Below, in pieces: positions 1 to 10,385 of a stretch of 64,000 nucleotides of DNA (position 1 is the stretch's first letter; each line of letters begins with the position of its first letter). The stretch lies in assembly GCF_000315625.1 (NCBI RefSeq), contig NW_005434625.1, positions 482,098 through 546,097 on the forward strand, written 5' to 3'. The stretch comes from Guillardia theta CCMP2712 (taxonomy: Eukaryota > Protista > Cryptophyta). The notes beneath the pieces are model-generated. The model did no database searches and was not told the DNA's origin. It saw nothing but the letters and a program-made list of their open reading frames with translations. The position numbers and the translations under genes are program-made.

Positions 1-757
1 CCCAGTGAGACTCGCTTTGCAAATACAACATCGTTTCCAAACTAGTCGACGTTTTAGCGAACGTTTCACACAGCTGAGCTTTTGCCAAGCTCCATCGGGA
101 TCGACCTGGTTTCTGTCGCCGATGATGCTTCCTTCGCCGATCACGGAATGAGCGCCAATGGTCTCATCATTTCCCAGCGTCGTGCCCGATTGAAACCTCT
201 GGTTCTTAGCAAAGTTGCTGCAGAATGTCAACGAGACAGTCAAGGGAATGGATACTCAACATACTTCTTATCACCAAACTTGGACCCAGCGCCGAAGATG
301 CTCCCCTTCCCAAACACGTTCTTATCACCTGACAAGAACTTTAAGAACAAAAGCAAGTGATTGACACCAGAACTTTCCCACCAAATGTATCCCCTGCTCC
401 AAATACAGAGTTCTTCCCAAACACGTTGCCGTCTCCAAACTTGTATCTTCAGGAGTGGGAGTCAAGAGACCACCGGCATGGAAGCACATCCATACCCGGC
501 AGGAAATGTCGCTCCCGAAGGATACATTCCATCCTCCCATCCCTTCATTGTCTAACCCGCCGGTATCAGTGAACCACATAGTGACTTTCAACTACCTCGT
601 CGCTTCCGATAGAGAGACTGACAGGACGTCCTGAGTACAGGACGAGGATGGTGCATGCAACGAGGAGGAAAGAAGCTGCAGCTGCAGCTACTGCTGCTCG
701 CCCTCCTCTTCTCTCCGCGCGTCGATCCTGCACAGCATGGAAGAGCGCTGGCTGCAT
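1..757 (-). CDS. Type II membrane protein with hexapeptide (left-handed beta-helix-like) repeats; multi-exon, 3' end probably beyond window start
   Basis: ATG at 757 (MQPALF), TM helix AVAAAAASFLLVACTILVLY. Spliced exons give KFGDGNVFGKNSVFGAGDTFG, DKNVFGKGSIFGAGSKFGDK and TIGAHSVIGEGSIIGDRNQV, a 6-residue [FI]G periodicity. Short GT-AG introns. Confidence 0.55.
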
Positions 758-1356
758 AGCGCCCAAAATAGCTTGCGGTCAGGGCAAATTCCTTTTAAAG
801 GTGGGGTAGGGTTCATATGGCCAAGATTCTCCCTCCCCAACTTAGGGGATGGGGGTAGGTGGGGTCCTCGTTGAATCGACCAGGTATAGAGGGGGTCATC
901 ATTTTGACAAGCAGAGGCTCATAAACTGATGAGTGTAGAATTTGATCTTTTATTTTCCCAACAGGCTGGCCGCAAGGCACGCCTATTGGTACCGCCGTGC
1001 GCCGGCAGTCAGCCTGAGGTAACCGGGTCACTGAATCGAACTCAACTTGGCAACTGCCGGTGGCAGCCTGAGCCTCCGGGACTCGGAGCAGGTCATGGCA
1101 GTGAACCAGTGTATCCGATCACGCCGGTGACCATCTCAAAAAGATCTCAGACAGGCTCAGGCTCCACAGTCCGTTCAACGGCGACAGTCAGTGACTCCGG
1201 CGGCACTGCCGTACAAAAAAAAAAACTTGAAAGTTAAATCCTAGTACCCTCGGACTCCGAGTCCCCGGGCCCGCCGGCGCGTCGAGGCCGCCGCCCGGCA
1301 GTACAACGTGACGGACTAAGCCTCCGGGCAAGTCACGGCCGGTAGAACTCAACGGT

Positions 1357-4300
1357 CTATCTCTTGTTGGTATTGAACTTGACTCGCAGCAGATACTTGT
1401 TCTTGATCTATCAAACAGAGTCAATGAGTTGGAGCCCTGGTTCACCATCTTGAATCATCTCATCATGAACTCACCTGACTCACGTTGTACACGATGTACT
1501 CGTTGTACAGCAGAGAGCTTTTCAGCCCGTACATCTGTGTCCCCTTCCCACAAGGAACCTCAACCTGCACCCTCTACGGTCAGGGACGTGACCTCGGAGC
1601 TCGAACCCTCACCCCATCCTCGTCGATGAAGGACGCTTTCGGATCCGGCGCAGTCTTCCCGCAGCCCTTGACGGAGATGCAGTCCTTAGGAAGCCCCTTA
1701 GGAAGAGTCTCCTTGGCCGCCATCAGCTCGTGGGACTTCCCGAGCGCAACTTCGCTGAGCATGAGGAGGCCTTCGTTGTTGGACAGCTCGGCTTTGCAGT
1801 AGTTGGCCGACTTGGAGCTCATGTCGGCGAAATAAACTCCCTTGCCTGGGTCGGGGGACGTGAGGAGAAGGAGGGAGAGGAATGAAAGGATACCAAACAT
1901 GTAGCCGGTCACTGGAGCCTCGGGGGGAGCAATACGGAGACCCTGCGACAAGCCTTACCCTCCAGCTTCAGGATGACAACTCGCCTTGCCTGTGAGAGAA
2001 TTCCGACCCAGTTCGTTATGCGGGAACCGTGCCAGAGCAGCTTGCGGTTTGAATCTTTGGCGAAAGGAGCAAATCTGAAGAGGGAACAGGCACGGAAGAG
2101 GATGGTCAGGGGAGGAGGAATCCATCAGGTCAGTGGATGTCAATGATCAACCTTGATCTTACCTGTCCTTTTCGCCTTCTCGTTCGATCTCGAACAAGTC
2201 CATCAATTCGGTGGTGTAGGTAGAGTGAGTAGCCGCGTGAGTGTTCCTCAGGTACTGGTCGATCATCTTCCAACGCTCATCGTCCTTGGCTATCTGCAAC
2301 ACAAAGATGTCACCATGGAACAAGAAAGGGGGCGGAGCAAGGCGGACGGACCGGCTTGATGTCCGTCTTGAGCCGCTTGTAGTTGGCATCTATTGGGGAT
2401 TCGTCACCCCCTCCTTCCTTCTGAAGGCTGACAGCAATCTCCATCTCCAGCAAAGACTCTACAAGCTCCAGTTTCTCTTTCAGCTTGTCATGGGAGTCAA
2501 TCCGATGGACAGCCGTCATCCCACCAAGGCCGAAATTCTGAGGAACGATGGTGTAGAACTGGTTAGTACAGGAGAGAATCTTCTGGTTCCTGTCGAACTC
2601 ATCCAGGTTGGGATCATCGAGCACGTTCTGGATCTCCGTGAGGACTGAGTATCCTCGCTGAATCTGCTTCCTGGATAAAGCACCCAGCGGCATCTTGTCG
2701 AGATCGATCTCCATCTCGAGCATGGATTTCCTCATCATGTCAATGTCGAAGATCAGCTGGATGAGACTGGCGACGGTAGGTGGGAGTTTCGAGGAGGTGT
2801 CCTTCTGGAGCTGCGATCCGTGCTCGTCGGCCGCTGCAATACCGATCTCCATGATAGCAAACCGGCCGGGCTGCTGGGTGAAGCGATCTGGGGTGCGATC
2901 TTGCCAGGGGTTGCCGGTCTTCTCCTGGAAGAGCTTCTCGAACTCATGGATGCAGGAGTCCTTGTGCATCTTCTCCAGCTTCGTCCCCTTGGATTCCACT
3001 CCGATCCTGCCCCACTTGCGGAACAGATGAGTCGTCTTGCTGTCGTCTGACTCGATGATCTGCAGCACGTAGTAGCTGTTGAGGCCCTCGGATATGTCGG
3101 TTCGGTTCAGGGTGGCCGAGTAGACGTTGTCCCTCACTTCCAGAATGTGCGAATTGTCGGCAAGGCCGGACTCCACGTCGACAGCACCTTTCCCCTTCAC
3201 CATGATCTTGACAGTCTTGGACTGGGAGCTCTTCTTCTTCTTCTCGGGGTCCTCTGTCGCTTCCCCAGACAGGAGGTAGGGCTGCTCAGTCAGTCTCTTC
3301 CCGCTTGAGATGCATGCTTCCACGAACTCCAACTTCACCACCGGGAGCTTCCTCTTCACCGCCTGCAGGGTTTCAGCATAATATCAGACCCGATCAAGGT
3401 GGCAAAGTGCAACGAGACCTCCTTGATCGCGCTGCCACCCGCCGTATGCGCGCCGCTAGTGGTCAGAACGTGAGTGACGGACTTAGTCATCGACTTGACG
3501 ATGCTTCCTGCGGGTCTTGTCATGGTTCGCAGAAGGGGAAACCAAGAGCTCGCCTCCAGCAGACTTGATCTTGCCGGACCACTCGTCGAAGTCGATGCGA
3601 TAGTTCTTGGTGGAATGCAGCATGAAGACCATGTCCTTCAAGCACGTGCTGGGGTCCGAAGCTTCCTCTTGCCTCCTCTTCGCGTTGATCACCGCGAGCT
3701 CCTCCTCAGCCTTCATCAGCCGCTGCTTCTCTCTCTCCTGAACTGACTCCCTGACTTCTTCTTGCTCGCGGATCACAGCCTTGGGGATCGCGACCTTAAC
3801 GAATTTGAAGTTGTCGAGGTAGTCGTGGCCCATATCCTTCGGCATCTTGAATGCCTTCCTCTCTCCAGTGATACTGGAATATTGACATTTGGCAAATCCA
3901 TCCTCAGTCCAGGTCGTGCACTTGTACATTCCATCGCTGTACTGCAGCCTACCCTGACATTTCGGGCAGTCCCCAGGTACTCCGTGCAACATGATGTCTG
4001 CGCACCGACTTTGCAGGACAACCTCGCCTCCTCTGCTGTCCACGTCGTTATGCTCAAGGATTTCTTTGAGAAGGTTCCTTGACACGTCTTTCAGGGCATT
4101 GCGGATAGCAAACAGCTTGTCACTGTGTGCTTTGATTGCCTTCTCGTTCTTGTCCAGCTCGCTCGAGGCTGTGTTCTCCTTCTTGACAGTCTCACGGGGA
4201 GCTGCCTTCTCCTTCTTCATCTTCGACAATGGCACATCGTCGTCCTCAACAGCGTCCTCCTCTTTCGCCCTCTTCTTCTTCTTACCTGCTTCTTCTTTGA

Positions 4301-5187
4301 CATTCGCCTTCTGTTGGATGAGGGGCGTGTCGTCGTCCTCGTCAAGGTCTACCTTCTCCTCCTTCTTGGCTTTCTTCGACCCTTTCGCCGACTTGTTGTC
4401 TTCCCCAGCGGATCTCTTCCCGGATGCCTTTGCTCCTCCCTTCTCTCCCATCTTCTCTCTAACCATCGCCTGGTGGTCCGAATCCAGCAAGGAGAACCCG
4501 ATAACGTCCTCCGAGGACTTCAAGTCTTCGGGTTTCCCGTCCTTGAAGAGACAGTCCAGGTGATGCCACTTGGGCGTGGGAATGAAGGGTCTGCGATCCA
4601 TGGCCTCGATCCTCCCCATGCGCAGATTTCCTGCCTCAATCTTCGATTCGCACCCCCTGCATTCTGATCTGCTGCTCTTCGCGATCTCCACCTACAACCC
4701 AGTGTCATTGGAATGCTATCCAGTCAGTCAGCGTCTTTCATGGTGGTCACCTTGTAGTCACCGATGTTGCCTTCATCGTCTGCATCCGCCGGTTTGGACC
4801 CTCCTTTGCCTTTCTTGGAAGGCTGGGAGGGAGCTACAGAAAGATTTTCGTGAGGTTGCGAATTGCGCAAGGGGCGAATGCAGAAGTAAGAGAGGGATCA
4901 CCTGATGCGACTGCGTTTCCAGCAACCAAGTCTTTGATCTTCTTCTGGTCTTCGAAAGAGAGCTCTGACATTCCTGCTATGTCCGACACCTCTGGCTTTG
5001 CTCCCTTACCCCCAAAGAAGCAGTCCACATGGAACCACATAGGGACCCAGCCATCGAAAGAAGGTGACTGAACATACTTGCCCATGCGCAAGACATCCTT
5101 GCCTATGTTGTTCTTGCACTTCCTGCATGAAGCTCGCCCGCTCTTCGCATACTCCGCCACGTGCTCCTTGTCCGGGCGTCCCACCAT
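1357..5187 (-). CDS. PARP1: Poly(ADP-ribose) polymerase 1 (Zn1-Zn2-PADR1-BRCT-WGR-regulatory-catalytic), multi-exon
   Basis: [14 protein letters not shown]...WFHVDC and [13 protein letters not shown]...WHHLDC zinc fingers; [12 protein letters not shown]1; [12 protein letters not shown]; KMPLGALS regulatory domain; LLWHGSR, GYMFG|[16 protein letters not shown] and LLYNEYIVY give an intact H-Y-E triad. Last exon [16 protein letters not shown], stop at 1357-1359. Confidence 0.97.
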
Positions 5188-6254
5188 CTTGGTAGGATGC
5201 GCTAGAAGGAGCCTGGTAGCTAAGAGAGGTGGGGGTGGCGGTACAATGTACCCCTGAATATCATCGTTGACCAAACAGCTCATGCCATAGGGTCCATGCC
5301 CTTTGATTTTATATTTGAGATAGTATATAAAGTTCAGCTAGATCATACTTGATGAGGTTGTACAGATGGGGAAAGTCATCGTGTTCATGACGGGTAGGGG
5401 TGATACAGAGACTAAAGGGGGTAGGACTTACACAGAGGAAGAAGGCTCCGATTGAAGCCTGCCTCAGCGGGCGGCAGGGCCTCGCCGGGTCACCAGGCCC
5501 GCCGGGGTGCATAGTTGATAGTTCATTTACTCAAAGTTAAGTTAAAATCAGTACGATAGTAGGCTTTCAACTTCGAGTGAAACCCCGGCCAGTCTCTAGT
5601 AAAAGTTAAACCAGTCGGATTGGGAAGAAGGTCACCGCTGCGAAGTTGTGCGAGAGCGAGGAGGTCCACTGGCTGAGGAAGGCGTCCCAGCGGCGCTCGA
5701 GGGCCAACTGGCAAGATCATCGGCCAAGATGGTGGCCGACGAGTTCGCCAAGGCTGGAGATCCCCACGGTCACGCGGAGCTCCGACACTGCCGACATGCA
5801 CGGCGGGGAGCACTCGAGCGCTGAGGGTCTCGCCCACCACCGTCACGGAGACCCTCTTCCAATTGCGTCGCGATGTCCGTCACCCTGCTGCGGTCGCTGA
5901 TCGGCAGCATCAAAGGGCGTAGACCGCACCCGCACCAGCTTCGCCATACCGGCGCCCGTGGATTTTCTGATGGACTCCTTCGTGGTGGGCAAGACGACGG
6001 AGCAGATCAACGAGAGCATGCAGAAGCTGACCTCGCTACCGATAGAATCGCATGAATCATAGATTGTATTGATGTATTTAAAAGCATATTAGACGGCACT
6101 TCTCCTTGATGGCTTGACGAGAACGGCGTCTTCCTTATCGTGCTTGGTCTGTCTTGGCTTTGCCATGATGGTAAGTGCCGGTGGGGACCCAAGCCGATTT
6201 ATATCTTGGATCAAACCGGCACGCCGGGCAGCCCGATCAACTCCTCCTCCGCCA

Positions 6255-7940
6255 CCGGCTCCTCTGGCCTCCTCGTCACGTTGATCTCCGCGAGCTCCTC
6301 CTCAGCCTTCATCAGCCGCTGCTTCTCCCTCTCCTGTACTGACTCCCTGACTTCTTCTTGCTCGCGCATCATAGCCTTCGGGATCGCGACCTTCACGAAT
6401 TTGAAGTTGTCGAGGTAGTCGTGGCCCATATCCTTCGGCATCTTGAATGCCTTCCTCTCTCCAGTGATACTCGAATATTGACATTTGGCAAATCCATCCT
6501 CAGTCCAGGTCGTGCACTTGTACATTCCATCGCTGTACTGCAGCCTACCCTGACATTTCGGGCAGTCCCCAGGTACTCCGTGCAACATGATGTCTGCGCA
6601 CCGACTTTGCAGGACAACCTCGCCTCCTCTGCTGTCCACGTCGTTATGCTCAAGGATTTCTTTCCTTGAGAAGGTTCCTTGACACGTCTTTCAGGGCATT
6701 GCGGATAGCAAACAGCTTGTCACTGTGTGCTTTGATTGCCTTCACGTTCTTGTCCAGCTCGCTCGAGGCTGTGTTCTCCTTCTTGACAGTCTCACGGGGA
6801 GCTGCCTTCTCCTTCTTCATCTTCGACAATGGCACATCGTCGTCCTCAACAGCGTCCTCCTCTTTCGCCCTCTTCTTCTTCTTACCTGCTTCTTCTTTGA
6901 CATTCGCCTTCTGTTGGATGAGGGGCGTGTCGTCGTTGTCGATGTCGAAGATCAGCTGGATGAGACTGGCGACGGTAGGTGGGAGTTTCGAGGAGGTGTC
7001 CTTCTGGAGCTGGGATCCGTGTTCGTCGGCCGCTGCAATACCGATCTCCATGATGGCGAACCGGCCGGGCTGCTGGGTGAAGCGATCTGGGGTGCGATCT
7101 CGCCAGGGGTTGCCGGTCTTCTCCTGGAAGAGCTTCTCGAACTCATGGATGCAGGAGTCCTTGGGCATCTTCTCCAGCTTCGTCCCCTTGGATTCCACTC
7201 CGATCCTCCCCCACTTGCGGAACAGATGAGTCGTCTTGCTGTCGTCCGACTCGATGATCTGCAGCACGTAGTAGCTGTTGAGGCCCTCTGAGATGTCCGT
7301 TCGATTCAGGGTGGCGGAGTAGATGTTGTCCCTAACTTCTAGAATGTGCGAATCGTCGGCAAGGCCGGACTCCACGTCGACGGCACCTTTCCCCTTCACC
7401 ATGATCTTGACAGTCTTGGACTGAGAGCTCTTCTTCTTCTTCTCGGGGTCCTCTGTCGCTTCCCCGGACAGGAGGTAGGGCTGCTCAGTCAGTCTTTTCC
7501 CGCTTGAGATGCATGCTTCCACGAACTCCAACTTCACCACCGGGAGCTTCCTCTTCACCGCCTGCAGAGTTTCAGCACAAGATCAGACCCGATCAAGGTG
7601 GCAAAGTGCAACAAGACCTCCTTGATCGCGCTGCCACCCGCCGTATGCGCGCCGCTGGTGGTCAGAACGTGAGTGACGGACTTAGTCATCGACTTGACGA
7701 TGCTTCCTGCAGGTCTTGTCATGGTTCGCACAAGGGGAGACCTAGAGCTCGCCTCCAGCAGACTTGATCTTGCCGGACCACTCGTCGAAGTCGATGCGAT
7801 AGTTCTTGGTGGAATGCAGCATGAAGACCATGTCCTTTAAGCACGTGCTGGGGTCCGAAGCTTCCGCTTGCTTCCTCCCGGGAGTCGCGTTGATCACCGC
7901 GAGCTCCTCCTCAGCCTTCAACAGCCGCTGCTTCTTGGCT
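6255..7940 (-). pseudogene. Partial, order-permuted duplicate of PARP1 (BRCT-WGR placed before linker-PADR1)
   Basis: 6937-7936 matches ~2738-3730 and 6290-6936 matches ~3693-4336. Introns are retained. There is a 4-nt insertion near 6660 (frameshift) and a TAG at 7742-7744 next to the donor site. No Zn1/Zn2 or catalytic domain. Confidence 0.9.
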
Positions 7941-8299
7941 GCCCGCAGCATCCTCCCCCACCCTAGCTAGTACGGTATCAAAAATACCCCCCTCCCCCGG
8001 GGAGGGAAAAACTTTCAAGCCCGTCGAGTACCCCTCATGCATGGTGGGGGCCTGAGGCAGGATGAAGATCTCATATCACACCTGTAGGAGATGATCGAGC
8101 TTCTTTCTCAACTCTGCAGGTTGGGCTAAGGTTTGAATCATCCATCCAGTAATGGAATATGTGCCCTTGGTTCATACAATCCGCGGGTGTACTTGCAAAT
8201 ATGCTTCGAAGACATGATAAAATCTTTATGATCAGGTAAGGAACTAATAATGGATACACCATTGAACAGAATCAACTCTGATCGACCCTTCGTTCAAAT

Positions 8300-9960
8300 T
8301 GCCGTGGGTTGCACGTTGCGCTTAAATGCATGATTTGTGAGAAATTTGTATCCAGCTGTACCTTGAGCGACTTTTCTGTCTAGCAATATGTTCTCGTGTC
8401 ATCACTCACTTTCAATTCTTCTAGTTTTACATCTCACTGCATGGAAGAACATGCAAAACTGAAGGAAAAGCTCAACGGACAGTTCTAAATGAACAGATAC
8501 AACGCATTTTAGCAGTCACGGTCGGAGCAGCTCGATGCTTGAACACAAAGATGATCCTCAGTACTGTCGAAAGATGACAAGCAAGTCCCGTGGTTCGTGA
8601 AGGATTCTTCATCCAATTCTCAAGGATATGTTGGAACGATGAAACATTTTGCAAATCACCAATTTCATCACACTAACTAATGCATCATGTAAATATTACT
8701 GGTGTGAACTTGCATCAGATTCTGTTCATCGGATTAGCCGCTATCAGGCAGTTGATGTCACACCAAACAAGAGAGCGATTTTGAAGACGCTGATATTCCT
8801 GGCCGTAGAGCATTTATGATGTGGCCACATGTCACATGCTTCTTGGTTAACGCAGATACAACCTCGCCAGGCAAAAGATGGAACGCCTTCAGGATTACAG
8901 GGAGGTCGGTTGAGCTTGTACCCTGATTGTAACTCTTCTAATAAAGATGTGATAACCTGAATGTGCAATTCTGTTAATTGATTCACAGTGTTTACGACTC
9001 GATTGCAATCATCGAGTGCTTGTTCTGTTGAACAAGGCACTACTCTGTAGAGCACTGCGACAAGAACTCTACAGTTGCACGGTAGCATTGCGAACCGGGC
9101 CAGTGACAAAACAAGACAGGATTGATCCGATGAACATCTCATTTATTGATACGCAAAGGCATCATCTGCACATTTTTTCATTTCTGACTAGGTTTTTGTG
9201 CAATCGAAAGCGTTGTGGAAATATCATGACAAAGGAAAGATTTGAAGCGAAACGGAAAAATCATCCAAATATGCCATTCGGAGCATGGATATAGTGATTC
9301 ATGATCAACAACAATTCGTTACAGTCATCTATGCGGGCAGGTACAGTCATCCTTTGTGCAAACGTCTCTTCATGAATCGATGAACGGTTAAGTGCATGTA
9401 AGCCTTGCCTCCATAGAGGCAAAGTGAAGTGCATGAATCCTGACCAACCATGTCAATATTTTGCCTAGACTTGATCGACTCCCGAGTCCTGAACTTATCT
9501 TTGTTTGTGCCCATTTCATGTCACAACCTTTTCACATCGGGACAGTTCTGCGATGTGTCGAAAACCCCTTAGTATGCAGCCAGTGTCTCGAGAGTTTTGT
9601 ATGCTGGGCGGCTTACTGGTACGTCTACGTACTCCTGGATACCGGTTTGTAATATTGGTTGGGCACTTGCCAAAGTCTTCACCCGTTCATCAATCTCATA
9701 CAAGTTGCCAAAGGCTGCGAATCATTCGAACCTGCATCAGGAACACGTCATTTGGATCTCTTCCCGTGATAAATTCGATGAAAAAAAAAGAGATAAATGC
9801 TCACCTGACTTGTCTTGCTCTGTCAAACGCTGCACATCCTCATATTTGTACGGCTTCGCAGAGTTCACAGTGGCGGGAAACGTTTCGATCAGGGTTTCCC
9901 GTTCCTCATCCGTTTGCAGCAGTGCCCCAAGTCGGATCATCGGATCACCTGAGACATCTT
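8300..9960 (-). CDS. Hypothetical multi-exon protein, boundaries uncertain
   Basis: Coding-like segments (MIRLGALLQTDEERETLIETFP..., EQALDDCNRVVNTVNQLTELHIQVITSLLEELQSG) bounded by plausible GT-AG short introns; no recognisable domain. Confidence 0.35.
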
Positions 9961-10385
9961 GCGAAGCCGAGAGACCCACTGGGATCAGAGTAACGGATTG
10001 CCTCCCCAAGTTCCTCAGTAAAGTAGTCACAGGGACCCCTACCCCGTCGTGCTCTGTAAAACGCACCCCTACGGATAGGGAAGACTACCCACCCATCCTT
10101 TGCTCCGGTTTGCCCTTCCTTTTTTAGTCAATAGAAAAATCCAATGAGTTTTAACGCTTCCGACTCAGCCATGAAAGCGGAACGCAGGAAGTTGAGAAAG
10201 AAACGAGAGGAGGATGGCGAGGACGAGGACAATGGCGAGGACGAGGAGCAGCTGTAATGGTTACTGTGCGGATAGAATTGAAGGGCCGGGATGGGTCAAG
10301 ATGTGTTTCTTCATGTTTGACGGCTGTTGAGCTGTGTTATCATCCGAAGTTAATTTTCCTGACTTTCGCAAGAATTTGCAGGGGA

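Noticed and set aside
5640-6200. Coding-like GC-rich stretch between PARP1 and its copy
   Set aside because: No consistent frame or recognisable motif; possibly a decayed fragment, but unsupported.
6255-7940. PARP1 copy as a retrogene or functional PARP2/3 paralog
   Set aside because: It retains introns, lacks the catalytic domain, and has a frameshift and a premature stop.
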